Source: Planctomycetota bacterium (lineage in GTDB: Bacteria > Planctomycetota > UBA1135 > UBA2386). Taken from it: a DNA stretch of 51,328 nucleotides. The notes under the pieces are model-generated. The model was given only the letters and a program-made list of their open reading frames with translations, searched no databases and had not been told where the DNA came from. Below are positions 8,716 to 17,905 of the stretch, piece by piece (the stretch's first letter is position 1; each line of letters opens with the position of its first letter). The stretch spans positions 1 to 51,328 of the forward strand of contig JBILEY010000002.1 of assembly GCA_044351865.1 (NCBI GenBank), in the 5' to 3' direction. The position numbers and the translations under genes are program-made.

Positions 8716-9684
8716 ATGCACGAAGCCGCGACGTTCCCGGTGACCGACGCCTACCGCGGCATGCGGCTCGATCGCTTCCTGCAGCAGATGCTGCCGCGCA
8801 TGTCGCGCGCGTCGGTGCAGACGGCCATCGCGACGCGCGTGACGCTGGCTTCGGGGGCGTCGGCGAAGGCGAACCGGCGGCTGGTCGTCGGCGAGAGCGT
8901 GACGATCGCACCGCACGGGGCAGAGGGAGCGGACGACGGCGATGGTGCGCATGGTGCAGCTGGGGAACACGCGCCGATCCCGGTGCTCGCGCGTGGCGAC
9001 GGCTGGATCGTCGTCGACAAGCCGGCCGGTCTCGCCACCACGCCGATGGTGCGGCGGCCCGGCGCCGACGTCGCCACGCGGTTGCGGATGAGTCCAGCGC
9101 ACCGCCTCGATCGCTACACCAGCGGCTGCCTCTTGCTGACCAGCGACCCGCAGCTGGCGCGCGGCTTCGACCGCGCGTTCCGCGAGCATCGCATCGGCAA
9201 GGAATACGTCGCCGTCGTCGAAGGCGCGCCGCCGGCGGCCCGGTTCGAGGTCGATGCGCCGCTCGGCGTCGACGGGCACAGCCGCGTCACCGGCAAGATC
9301 GCCGTGCTGCCCGATGGCGCGCCGGCGCGCACGGTGTTCACGGTGCTGGCGCGCGATGGCGAACGCACGCTGCTGCGCGCCGAGCCGCGGACCGGGCGGC
9401 GGCACCAGATCCGCGTGCACCTGGCGCACGTCGGCTTGCCGATCGTCGGCGACGTGCTCTACGGGCCCGACGAGCGCAACTTCATCCGCTTGCAGCGCGG
9501 CCAGCCGTTCGTGGTGCCGCCGGGTCTGCTGCCCGGGCGGCATCTGTTGCATGCACACAGTCTGCGGTTCGCGGATCCGGGGCACGGCGGAGCGATCGAA
9601 GTGCAGGCGCCGTGGCCGGCCGATTTCGGCTTCGCCGATGCGATGCGCGGCGACGGGCTCGCCCCGGGTGCGGCGAGTTCCTAG
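8716..9684 (+). CDS. RluA-family pseudouridine synthase with N-terminal S4-like domain
   Basis: Track ORF, 322 aa. Catalytic block HRLDRYTSGCLLL (HRLD-x-x-TSG), and RRHQIRVHLAHVGLPIVGD. Confidence 0.9.
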   Translation: MHEAATFPVTDAYRGMRLDRFLQQMLPRMSRASVQTAIATRVTLASGASAKANRRLVVGESVTIAPHGAEGADDGDGAHGAAGEHAPIPVLARGDGWIVVDKPAGLATTPMVRRPGADVATRLRMSPAHRLDRYTSGCLLLTSDPQLARGFDRAFREHRIGKEYVAVVEGAPPAARFEVDAPLGVDGHSRVTGKIAVLPDGAPARTVFTVLARDGERTLLRAEPRTGRRHQIRVHLAHVGLPIVGDVLYGPDERNFIRLQRGQPFVVPPGLLPGRHLLHAHSLRFADPGHGGAIEVQAPWPADFGFADAMRGDGLAPGAASS

Positions 9685-9711
9685 CATCCGCGCGCCCCAC
9701 TCGCTCCCGCC

Positions 9712-10668
9712 ATGCTGCGAACGCTGCTGCTCGTGTCGTCGTTCGTCGTCGCCGCTGCTTGCGGCGGCTCCTCCGCTGCGGCGCCGGCCTCCGGCAAGCC
9801 GCGGCTCGTCGTGATCCCGAAGGGCACGACGCACGTGTTCTGGCAGGCGGTTGCCGCGGGCGCGCGCGCCGGTGGCGAAGCGGCCGGCGTCGAGGTGGTG
9901 TGGAAGGGCCCGCTGCAGGAGGACAGCCGCGAGCAGCAGATCCAGCTGGTGCAGCAGTTCGTCGGCGAAGGCGTCGCCGGCATCGCGCTGGCGCCGCTCG
10001 ACCACGCTGCGCTGGTGCCGTCGGTGCGGGCGGCGCGCGCGCGCGGCATCGAGGTCGTGGTGTTCGACAGCGATCTCGACGGCCAGGCCGGCAAGGACTA
10101 CGCGAGCTTCGTCGCCACCGACAACCGCGCCGCCGGCGAACTCGCCGGGCGACATCTGGCGCAGTTGCTGGCGGGCAAGGGCAAGGTGGCGATGCTGCGC
10201 TACCAGGTCGGTTCGGCGTCGACCGAAGCGCGCGAAGAAGGGTTCCTCGCGGCGGCGCGCGCCGGGGGCCTCGAGGTCGTCGTCGACAACCGCTACGCCG
10301 GCGCGTCGGTCGGCGAAGCCAAGACCACGGCGCTGAACCTCGCCGACACGCTGCGAGGCGTGCAAGGCGTGTTCTGCAGCAACGAGCCGACTACGGTCGG
10401 CATGGTGCAGGCGCTGTCGCAGCTCGAACTGGTGGGCAAGGTGCAGGTCGTCGGGTTCGACTGCTCGCCGCCGATCGTGCAAGCGTTGAGCAGTGGCCAG
10501 CTGGCGGCGATCGTCGTGCAGGATCCGCGGCGCATGGGCGAGCTCGCCGTGCGCCATCTCGCCGACGCCGTCGCGAAGAAGCCGGTGCCACCGCGCGTCG
10601 ACACCGGCGCCGTGCTGGCGACGAAAGCGAACATGCAGGAGCCCGCGATCCGGAAGCTGCTCGAATGA
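9712..10668 (+). CDS. Sugar ABC transporter substrate-binding lipoprotein (ribose/monosaccharide-binding type)
   Basis: Track ORF, 318 aa. Lipobox VVAAAC. Periplasmic-binding-protein type I pattern (VVIPKGTTHVFWQAV, VATDNRAAGELAG, GFDCSP). Confidence 0.85.
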   Translation: MLRTLLLVSSFVVAAACGGSSAAAPASGKPRLVVIPKGTTHVFWQAVAAGARAGGEAAGVEVVWKGPLQEDSREQQIQLVQQFVGEGVAGIALAPLDHAALVPSVRAARARGIEVVVFDSDLDGQAGKDYASFVATDNRAAGELAGRHLAQLLAGKGKVAMLRYQVGSASTEAREEGFLAAARAGGLEVVVDNRYAGASVGEAKTTALNLADTLRGVQGVFCSNEPTTVGMVQALSQLELVGKVQVVGFDCSPPIVQALSSGQLAAIVVQDPRRMGELAVRHLADAVAKKPVPPRVDTGAVLATKANMQEPAIRKLLE

Positions 10669-12152
10669 GCTCGCCGCGGCTGCTGGTCCGCGGACTGCAG
10701 AAGCGCTTCGGGCCGACGCAGGCACTCGCCGGCGTCGACTTCGCCGTGCAGCCGGGCGAGATCCACGCGCTGGTCGGCGAGAACGGTGCTGGCAAATCGA
10801 CGCTGCTGAAGGTGCTCGGTGGCGTGCACGCGCCCGACGACGGCGAAGTGCGGCTCGATGGCCAGCCGTTCGCGCCGCGCGATCCGGCGGCAGCCCGCGC
10901 GGCCGGCGTGGCGGTGATCCACCAGGAGCTGGCGCTGGCGCCGCACCTCACCGTCGCCGAGAACCTGTTCCTCGGCCGCGAGCCGCGCCGCGGGCCGTTC
11001 GTCGATCGCGCGGCGATGCGCACGCTGGCGCGCGAAGCGCTCGCGCGCGTCGGCCGCGCCGAACTGCCGCCCGATCGACTGGTCGGTGCGCTGCCGCCGG
11101 CGGATCGCCAGCTGGTCGAGATCGCGCGCGCGTTGGCGCAGCATGCGAAGCTGCTGATCCTCGACGAGCCGACGTCGAGCCTCGGCGATGCCGACGTGCC
11201 GCCGCTGCTCGCGCGCCTGCGCGAAGTCGCCGCCGCCGGCACCGCGGTCGTCTACGTGTCGCACGTGTTCGCCGAGCTGTTCGCGGTGGCGAGCCGCTAC
11301 ACGGTGCTGCGCGACGGCCGTTCGGTCGGCGGCGGGGCGATGGCCGACGTCACCACGGCGCAGCTGGTCGCGGCGATGGTCGGGCGCGAGGTCGCACCGC
11401 CGACCGCGCGCGTGCGGCGCCCCGGCGACGTCGTGCTGTCGTTGGACGCGGTGGCGGGCGCGAACCTGCCGCGCGCGGCGACGCTGCAGCTGCACGCCGG
11501 CGAAGTGCTCGGCCTCGCTGGTCTCGTCGGGGCGGGGCGCACCGAACTGCTGCGCGCGGTGTTCGGCCTCGATCCGGTGGTGCGCGGCAGCGTGCGCGTC
11601 GCCGGCTCTCTCGGGCTCGCGACGCCGGCGCGGCGTTGGGCGCAACGCGTCGGCATGGTCAGCGAGGACCGCAAGGGCGAAGGCGTGATGCTCGCGCGTT
11701 CGCTGGCGGAGAACGTGCTGTTGCCGGTGCTGTCGCGACACGCGATCGCCGGGGTGCTGCCGCCGTCGCGTGTCGTCACCGCGGCCGAACCCTTCCTGCG
11801 GCGGCTCGCGGTGCGCTGCGCGTCACCGCGCCAGGCCGCCGGCGAACTGTCCGGCGGCAACCAGCAGAAGCTGACGCTGGCGCGCCTGTTCGCCGCCGAT
11901 TGCGACGTGCTGTTGCTCGACGAGCCGACGCGCGGCATCGACGTCGGTGCGCGCGCCGACATCTACGCGGCCATCGCCGAGCGGGCGCAGCAGGGTGCCG
12001 CCGTGCTGGTGGCGTCGAGCCAGCTGCCCGAGTTGCTGCAGCTGTGCGATCGCATCGCCGTGGTGCGCTGTGGCGTCGTGCTGCCGCCGCGGCCGGTGCA
12101 CGAACTCGACGAGACCCGCCTGCTGGCCGCGATGACCGGAGCCTTCGCATGA
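10665..12152 (+). CDS. Sugar ABC transporter ATP-binding protein (two fused ABC cassettes)
   Basis: In-frame ATG at 10665 inside track ORF 8640..12152; ATGA overlap with the binding-protein stop. Walker A GENGAGKST. Signature-like LSGGNQQK. Walker B LLILDEPT and LLLDEPT. Confidence 0.9.
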   Translation: MSSPRLLVRGLQKRFGPTQALAGVDFAVQPGEIHALVGENGAGKSTLLKVLGGVHAPDDGEVRLDGQPFAPRDPAAARAAGVAVIHQELALAPHLTVAENLFLGREPRRGPFVDRAAMRTLAREALARVGRAELPPDRLVGALPPADRQLVEIARALAQHAKLLILDEPTSSLGDADVPPLLARLREVAAAGTAVVYVSHVFAELFAVASRYTVLRDGRSVGGGAMADVTTAQLVAAMVGREVAPPTARVRRPGDVVLSLDAVAGANLPRAATLQLHAGEVLGLAGLVGAGRTELLRAVFGLDPVVRGSVRVAGSLGLATPARRWAQRVGMVSEDRKGEGVMLARSLAENVLLPVLSRHAIAGVLPPSRVVTAAEPFLRRLAVRCASPRQAAGELSGGNQQKLTLARLFAADCDVLLLDEPTRGIDVGARADIYAAIAERAQQGAAVLVASSQLPELLQLCDRIAVVRCGVVLPPRPVHELDETRLLAAMTGAFA

Positions 12153-13234
12153 ACCCGACGGTCGTTCGTCTGTTGCGCACCGGTGGCCCGCTGGTCGGGC
12201 TGCTGGCGACGTGGTGCCTGTTCGCCGCGATGGCGGGCGCGCCGTTCGTCGCCTGGCACAACCAGGAACTGATGCTGCTGCAGACCGCCGTCGTCGGCAC
12301 CGCGGCGGTCGGCGCGACGTGGATCGTCGTCAGCGGTGGTGTCGACCTTTCGGTCGGCGCCAGCGTGGCCCTCGGCACGATGGTCGGCGCGATGGTGCTG
12401 CGCGGCGGCGGCAGCTGGCCGCTGGCCGCGCTCGCGACCGTCGCCAGCGTCGCTGCGATCGGCGGGGTGCTCGGTGCGCTCGTCGTCGGCATGCTGGTGC
12501 GCGTCGTGCTCGGCGGCGCCGCCGCAGCGGCGGTCGCGATGCCGCTCGCCGGGTCGCCTGGGCTCGCGAGCGCCGTCGCCGCGGCGGTGTTCGTCGCCAT
12601 CGTGCTGGCGACGCGACGGCTCGGCCGCGGCCAGCCGCTGTCGCCGTTCATCGTCACGCTCGGCTTGTGGGGTGCGTTGCGCGGCCTCGCCAAGGGCCTG
12701 GGCGGCAACCAACCGGTCTACTTCCCGGCGAACGATCCGCTGTCGTCGCTGATGCAGCCGGGCTCGCTGCTGCTGCCGATCGGCGTCTGGGTCATGCTCG
12801 GCGTCGCGGCCCTCGGGGCCATCGGCCTGCGTGCGACCGTGTTCGGCCGCCGCGTCGTCGCCCTCGGCAGCAACCGCGAGACGGCGCGCTTGTGCGGCGT
12901 CGACGTCGTGCGCACCGAATTGCTCGTCTACGTGCTCGGCGGCGCCTGCGCCGGCATCGCCGCCGTGCTGCAGCTGTCGTTCCTGTCGATGGGCGATCCG
13001 ACCACCGCGCAAGGACTCGAACTGAAGGTCATCGCCGCGGCGGTGATCGGCGGTGCGTCGCTGCGCGGCGGCGAAGGCAGCATCGTCGGCACGTTGCTCG
13101 GCGCGCTGATCATGACCGTCGTCGACAACGGCTGCACCAAGCTCGGCCTCGCCAACTGGACGCAGGAGGTCGCGACCGGTGCCATCATCGTCGGCGCGGT
13201 CGCACTGGATCGTTGGCGCCAGCAGCGAGGCTGA
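12149..13234 (+). CDS. Sugar ABC transporter permease
   Basis: In-frame ATG at 12149 inside track ORF 10493..13234; ATGA overlap with the ATPase stop. Multi-pass hydrophobic protein with typical GGVDLSVG and GGASLRGGEGSIVGT blocks. Confidence 0.85.
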   Translation: MNPTVVRLLRTGGPLVGLLATWCLFAAMAGAPFVAWHNQELMLLQTAVVGTAAVGATWIVVSGGVDLSVGASVALGTMVGAMVLRGGGSWPLAALATVASVAAIGGVLGALVVGMLVRVVLGGAAAAAVAMPLAGSPGLASAVAAAVFVAIVLATRRLGRGQPLSPFIVTLGLWGALRGLAKGLGGNQPVYFPANDPLSSLMQPGSLLLPIGVWVMLGVAALGAIGLRATVFGRRVVALGSNRETARLCGVDVVRTELLVYVLGGACAGIAAVLQLSFLSMGDPTTAQGLELKVIAAAVIGGASLRGGEGSIVGTLLGALIMTVVDNGCTKLGLANWTQEVATGAIIVGAVALDRWRQQRG

Positions 13235-13379
13235 AGCGCGCGTTCGCTTCTGGATGCACGCGCGGGCCCGGGCGTCTCGCCGTGGGGCAAACGGCGCAGT
13301 GCGAGCTCACCTGCGCCCACGCGATCGCCGAAACCGGGCCGGGGATCGGAGGCGGCGTGCTCACGAGGGAGAAGAGAAC

Positions 13380-14609
13380 GTGTCGCTTTCCATCCAGAAT
13401 CTGCTCCGAGAAATGGTCCGCAAGGGCGCGTCCGACCTGCACGTCAAGGCTGGTTCGGCCCCTGGTTTCCGCATCGACGGTGAAGTGCAGCAGCAAGAGG
13501 AGTTCGGGCTGCTGTCGCCGGAGCAGACCGCGGACCTCGCGCGGCAGCTGATGGCGCCCGAGCAGTGGGAGCGCTTCCAGAAGGAGAAGGACATCGACTT
13601 CTCGTACGCGGTGAAGGACCTCGCGCGCTTCCGCGTCAACGCGCTGCACCAGCGCACCGCCGTCGGCGTCGTCGTGCGCCAGATCCCCGACCAGATCCCC
13701 GACGCGAAGAAGCTCGGCCTGCCGCAGATCTGCCTCGACCTCGCCGCCAAGCCGCGCGGCCTCGTGCTCGTCACCGGCCCGACCGGTTCGGGCAAGTCGA
13801 CCACGCTCGCGGCGATGATCGACTACATCAACCAGACCGAGCACGGCCACATCCTGACGATGGAGGACCCGCTGGAGTTCGTGCACCCCGACAAGAAGTG
13901 CTTCGTCACGCAGCGCCAGATCGGCCAGGACTGCGCGTCGTTCCGCGAGGGCCTGCGCCGCGCGCTGCGCCAGGATCCGGACGTGATCCTGATCGGCGAG
14001 ATGCGCGACCTCGAGACCATCTCGATGGCGATCAGCGCCGCCGAAACCGGACACCTGGTGTTCGGCACGCTGCACACCACGTCGGCGATCTCGACCGTCG
14101 ATCGCATCATCGACGTGTTCCCGACCGACGCGCAGCAGCAGGTGCGCGTGCAGATGTCGAGCACGCTGCAGGGCGTCATCTCGCAGACGCTGGTGCCCAA
14201 GGTCGGCGGCGGCCGCGTCGCCGCGCGCGAGATCCTGGTCGCCACCGACGCGGTGAAGTCGCTGATCCGCGAGGGCAAGTCGGCGCAGATCCTGAACCTG
14301 ATGCAGACCGGCCGGCAATACGGCATGACCACGCTCGAGGACGAGCTGCTGAAGGCCTACGGCGAGGGCCTGATCACCGGCGACGACGCCATTTCGAAGG
14401 CGAACCGGCCGGACGACGTGCGCAAGCGCCTGACCGACGCCCCGGTCAACAAGGCCCCGGGCCTGGCGACGATGGGCATGTCGGCGAAGCCAGCCGCACC
14501 GGCCGCCGCCCCCGCGGGCGCCCCGGCCGCGCCCGCCGCGCCGCGTCCGGCGGCCCCGGCGGGCGCCTTCCAGGTGCAGGGCGTGAAGGCCCGCATGCCG
14601 GGTCGCTGA
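13380..14609 (+). CDS. pilT: Type IV pilus retraction ATPase PilT with an Ala/Pro-rich C-terminal tail
   Basis: GTG start at 13380 preceded by GGGAGA. Walker A GPTGSGKST. Asp box, Walker B ILIGEMRD and His box GHLVFGTLHT. The last ~55 aa are low-complexity (AKPAAPAAAPAGAPAAPAAPRPAAPAG). Confidence 0.85.
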   Translation: MSLSIQNLLREMVRKGASDLHVKAGSAPGFRIDGEVQQQEEFGLLSPEQTADLARQLMAPEQWERFQKEKDIDFSYAVKDLARFRVNALHQRTAVGVVVRQIPDQIPDAKKLGLPQICLDLAAKPRGLVLVTGPTGSGKSTTLAAMIDYINQTEHGHILTMEDPLEFVHPDKKCFVTQRQIGQDCASFREGLRRALRQDPDVILIGEMRDLETISMAISAAETGHLVFGTLHTTSAISTVDRIIDVFPTDAQQQVRVQMSSTLQGVISQTLVPKVGGGRVAAREILVATDAVKSLIREGKSAQILNLMQTGRQYGMTTLEDELLKAYGEGLITGDDAISKANRPDDVRKRLTDAPVNKAPGLATMGMSAKPAAPAAAPAGAPAAPAAPRPAAPAGAFQVQGVKARMPGR

Positions 14610-14616
14610 ACGGGGC

Positions 14617-14639
14617 GCCGGCGCGCGCGCTGCGCCGGC
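14617..14639 (+). terminator. GC-rich hairpin just after pilT (weak terminator candidate, no T tract)
   Basis: GCCGGCGC (14617..14624) pairs with GCGCCGGC (14632..14639) around a 7-nt loop. It begins 8 nt after the pilT stop. Confidence 0.3.
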
Positions 14640-14865
14640 ATGGCGGCCCGACTGCCGCTGCGGTGGCGTCGGGCCGTTCGCATGGGCGCCACGGGCACCG
14701 ATCGGGCCGCCCAGGGTCGGCGGTTGCCTGCGCACCGATCGCGGCTATTGGCTGGCGTGCGTTCGCACGGGTCTGGCGCTCCGCCGGGCCCTCCTGCTTG
14801 CGCTAGACTGCATCGTCCGCCACGCCAGTTCTCGGCTCTCCCGCCCTGGCCGAACGCGTCCGCCC

Positions 14866-15951
14866 ATGAAGTACGCCCTCCTGCTGCTGTTCTCGTCGTT
14901 GCTCGCGTTCCCGGCCGAACTGGCGGCGCAGCCGCTGCCGCCCACGCTGGTGACCGCGACCGTGCCGGTCGGCCCGACCGTCAACGTCGACCGCCCGTTC
15001 CCCGGTGGCATCGGCCGCTACCAGCAGTGGTTCTCGGCGAACAGCCTCGCCACCAACGGCATCGAGATGCCGCGCCGCTTGACCCAGGTCGAGTTCTTCG
15101 CCGGCACGTCGCTGACCAGCACGCCGGCGGTGATCGACTGCGAGTTCCTGATGGGCTACGGCAACGCGACCGGCCTGTTCGGCAACTTCGACAGCAACTA
15201 CGTCGCCGGCACCCAGGTCGTCGTCAAGACGCGCGCGAACGTGCAGCTCAGCGCCGGCGGGCCCGGCGCGGTGGTGATGACGGTGCCGTTCAACGTGCCG
15301 TTCACGTGGGACCGCGTGCGGCCGGTCGTGCTCGAGATCCGCATCTACGGCAACAGCCTCAGCAGCCAGCCCTTCAACTACAACTTCCAGGGCACTTCGA
15401 CGGCGTTCGGCGTGTCCCGCATGTACACGGCTGGCAGTGCGCTGGCACCGTCCGGCTCGCCGCAGACCGGCTTCGGCATGCGCACGCGCTTCACCGGCCG
15501 ACTCGGCGTCAACATCCCCTACGGCGTCGGTTGCGCGGGCGAAGGCGGCATCGTGCCGACCGCCAGCGTCAGCGGCCTCGCGTGGCCGGCGAGCACCTGG
15601 ACGCACACGCTGTCGAACGCCGCGTCGCAGCGCCTGTGCCTGTGGAGCATCGGCGACAGCAAGACCGACATCGGCGGCGTGCCGCTGCCGGTCGACATCG
15701 CGCCGATCTTCGGCGGCAGCGCCTCGAACTGCTTCCTGCGCCACAACGCCGTGTTCTTCGACGCCTTCCTGACCGTCGGCGGCGGCGCGGGTGGCGGCAC
15801 CGCCACCGTCGGTGTGCCGCTGCCGGCGACCACCGGCTACGTCGGCCTGTCGCTGTTCACGCAGTGGGTCGTGCTCGACCCGCTGTCGTCGAACGGGGCG
15901 GTGTCGACGACGTCCGCGCTCGAGAGCATCGTCAGCGTGGTCGGCGGCTGA
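14866..15951 (+). CDS. Secreted protein of unknown function
   Basis: Track ORF, 361 aa. Signal peptide MKYALLLLFSSLLAFPAELAAQ. Normal N/T/S/G/Y/F-rich composition. Followed by a strong hairpin. Confidence 0.7.
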   Translation: MKYALLLLFSSLLAFPAELAAQPLPPTLVTATVPVGPTVNVDRPFPGGIGRYQQWFSANSLATNGIEMPRRLTQVEFFAGTSLTSTPAVIDCEFLMGYGNATGLFGNFDSNYVAGTQVVVKTRANVQLSAGGPGAVVMTVPFNVPFTWDRVRPVVLEIRIYGNSLSSQPFNYNFQGTSTAFGVSRMYTAGSALAPSGSPQTGFGMRTRFTGRLGVNIPYGVGCAGEGGIVPTASVSGLAWPASTWTHTLSNAASQRLCLWSIGDSKTDIGGVPLPVDIAPIFGGSASNCFLRHNAVFFDAFLTVGGGAGGGTATVGVPLPATTGYVGLSLFTQWVVLDPLSSNGAVSTTSALESIVSVVGG

Positions 15952-15980
15952 CCGCCGTCCGCGCCGGTCGCGGCCCATCA

Positions 15981-16014
15981 CGGCGCCGCTGCGGTCCTCG
16001 CCGCAGCGGCGCCG
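15981..16014 (+). terminator. Rho-independent terminator candidate
   Basis: 14-bp perfect stem: CGGCGCCGCTGCGG (15981..15994) pairs with CCGCAGCGGCGCCG (16001..16014) around the 6-nt loop TCCTCG. Followed by GCGTCGTTTCC. It starts 30 nt after the stop at 15951. Confidence 0.6.
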
Positions 16015-16084
16015 CGTCGTTTCCGGCCGCCGACGTCCCTCGGGCGATTTGCCGCGATCTGCAGGATTCCGGAAAGCTCTCTCT

Positions 16085-16120
16085 ACTACCGGAGTAGTTG
16101 GCGTCGACTACTGTGGTAGT
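16085..16120. promoter_or_regulatory. Two tandem ACTAC-N4-GTAGT inverted repeats; candidate BlaI-family operators overlapping the promoter/leader of the repressor gene
   Basis: First site: ACTAC 16085..16089 and GTAGT 16094..16098. Second site: ACTAC 16107..16111 and GTAGT 16116..16120. Centres are 22 bp apart. The second site ends 11 nt before the ATG at 16132. Confidence 0.6.
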
Positions 16121-16131
16121 AGTCTGCCGCC

Positions 16132-16524
16132 ATGAAGGGACCACGCAATCTCGGTGACCTGCAGCTCGCCATCCTGCGCACGCTGTGGGATCTCGGCGAA
16201 GCGCCGGTGTCGGCCGTCCACGAAGCGCTCGCCGATCGCCAGCTCGCGCTGACGACGATCGCGACGATGCTGCGCAAGATGGAGGAGAAGGGCCTCGTCT
16301 CGCACACCGAGCTCGGCCGCCAGTTCGTCTATCGCGCCAAGGTCGCACCCGAGCAGGTGCAGAAGAACCTGGTCGGCGACCTGGTGACGAAGCTGTTCGA
16401 CGGCGACCCGCTGGCGCTGGTCAACCACCTGCTGCGCGCCGGCGAGATCGAACTCGGCGAGCTCGACGACCTGCGCCGGCAGGTCGCGGACGCGGAGAAG
16501 AAGCAACGCAAGGAGCGGCCATGA
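16132..16524 (+). CDS. BlaI/MecI/CopY-family winged-helix transcriptional repressor
   Basis: Track ORF, 130 aa. LGDLQLAILRTLWDLGEAPVSAVHEAL...TIATMLRKMEEKGLV is the typical penicillinase-repressor N-terminal domain. No C-terminal Cys cluster. Confidence 0.9.
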   Translation: MKGPRNLGDLQLAILRTLWDLGEAPVSAVHEALADRQLALTTIATMLRKMEEKGLVSHTELGRQFVYRAKVAPEQVQKNLVGDLVTKLFDGDPLALVNHLLRAGEIELGELDDLRRQVADAEKKQRKERP

Positions 16525-17891
16525 ACTCGTTCCTCGACGGCTTCGTCGCCTGGCTGCTGACGTTCGCGCTGCATTCGACGTGCGCGCTCGGGGGTGCGCT
16601 GCTGCTGACGCTGCTGCTGCGCCGTCGTGCGCTGGGCGCGCAGGAAGCGGCGCTGCGCTGGTCGCTGTGGGCCGCACTGCTGAGTGCGACGCTGCAGGTC
16701 GCGGTGCTCGGTTCGCCGTGGTCGGTCGGCGACCTCGGTCGTGACGTTCCCGCTCCCGTGCCAGCGGCGACGCCGTCCCCGGCCCCGGAGCCGCTGCAGG
16801 TCATGGTCGCGACCGCGCCGCCGGCATCGGCCCCGATCGTCGTCGACGCGGTCGAGGAAGGACTCGACTGGCGCAGCCTGCTCGGTGCGTGTGCGCTGCT
16901 CGCCGCCGGTGGTGGCCTGGTCTGGTTGTGGTGCGTGCAGTCGCGCTTGCGCACGCTGCTGGCGGCGCGACGGCCGGAGACCGATCCGCGCGTGCTGACG
17001 CTGGCGGCGCGCGCCGCCCGCGGGCTCGGCCTGCAGCAGTCCCCGCACCTGAGCCGCTGCCCACGCATCGCCACACCGATCGCGTTCGGCTGGCTGCGGC
17101 CCGAGGTCTGCCTGCCCGAGCGCGTCGACGATCTCGACGATGCGTCGCTGCGCGCGATGCTGGCGCACGAACTGGCGCACCTGCGTCGCTGCGATCCGGC
17201 GTGGATGTGGGGTGGTGCGGTGCTGCAGGCGCTGTTCCCCTGGCAGCCGCTGCTGCTGGTCGTGCGCCGCCGTTGGGCCCAGCTGGTCGAACTGCAGTGC
17301 GACGCGGTCGCCGCGCACCACGCCGGTCCGACCGCCGTCGCGCGTTGCCTGCTCGACGTCGCCGAATGGCTGCGTCCGGACACGCAGCAGCCGCTCGGCG
17401 CGCTCGGCATGGCGGCGCGGCCGTCGGCGTTGCGCGTGCGCGTCGAGACGGCGCTGCGCGGCGATGCGTGCGCCGAGCCGGATGCGCGCCGAGTGCACCT
17501 CGCCGGTGGCCTCGCCGTCGGTTTGCTGGTGTTCGCGGCCCCAGGGCTCGCGACCGTGCCGGCCGGCGACGAGCCGCTGCCCGTCGTCGATCGCTTCGAC
17601 GCGCCGGCGACCGAGAGCGTCGAAGACCGCTTCGCGGCGCCGCCCCCGGCTACAGGCGCGGACGTGTCGCCGGTGGTGCAGCTGCTGGCGGAACTGACCG
17701 CCGAACAGCGCGAGCTGCAGCAGGAGGCCGCCGACCTGCAGGCCTCGCTCGCGCTCGCCCCCGAACCCGAACTGCGCGACCTGCAGACGCTCCTGGTGGA
17801 GCGTCTGCGCCGTCTGGAGACGCAGCGGCAGCGCCTGAGCGCGCTGCTGGCCGCGCGTGCGAAGGAATCCCGAGCCAACGAAACCAGGTAG
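16521..17891 (+). CDS. M56-family (BlaR1-like) membrane zinc metalloprotease lacking a penicillin-binding sensor domain; coiled-coil C-terminus
   Basis: In-frame ATG 16521 inside track ORF 16185..17891; ATGA overlap with the repressor stop. N-terminal TM helices. HEXXH motif HELAHLRRCD. C-terminal heptad-like QLLAELTAEQRELQQEAADLQ...LRRLETQRQRLSALL. Confidence 0.85.
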   Translation: MNSFLDGFVAWLLTFALHSTCALGGALLLTLLLRRRALGAQEAALRWSLWAALLSATLQVAVLGSPWSVGDLGRDVPAPVPAATPSPAPEPLQVMVATAPPASAPIVVDAVEEGLDWRSLLGACALLAAGGGLVWLWCVQSRLRTLLAARRPETDPRVLTLAARAARGLGLQQSPHLSRCPRIATPIAFGWLRPEVCLPERVDDLDDASLRAMLAHELAHLRRCDPAWMWGGAVLQALFPWQPLLLVVRRRWAQLVELQCDAVAAHHAGPTAVARCLLDVAEWLRPDTQQPLGALGMAARPSALRVRVETALRGDACAEPDARRVHLAGGLAVGLLVFAAPGLATVPAGDEPLPVVDRFDAPATESVEDRFAAPPPATGADVSPVVQLLAELTAEQRELQQEAADLQASLALAPEPELRDLQTLLVERLRRLETQRQRLSALLAARAKESRANETR

Positions 17892-17905
17892 TCCCGAGGA
17901 GAACC

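Noticed and set aside
8329-10725. 798-aa minus-strand ORF.
   Set aside because: It is an Arg-rich shadow frame antisense to the pseudouridine synthase and the ABC binding protein.
16132-17891. Interpreting the BlaI/BlaR1-like pair as a beta-lactam resistance sensor or as a CopY-type copper switch.
   Set aside because: The M56 protein lacks the C-terminal penicillin-binding (transpeptidase-like) sensor domain. The repressor lacks the C-terminal CxC...CxC cluster of CopY. No beta-lactamase, PBP2a or copper ATPase gene is adjacent.
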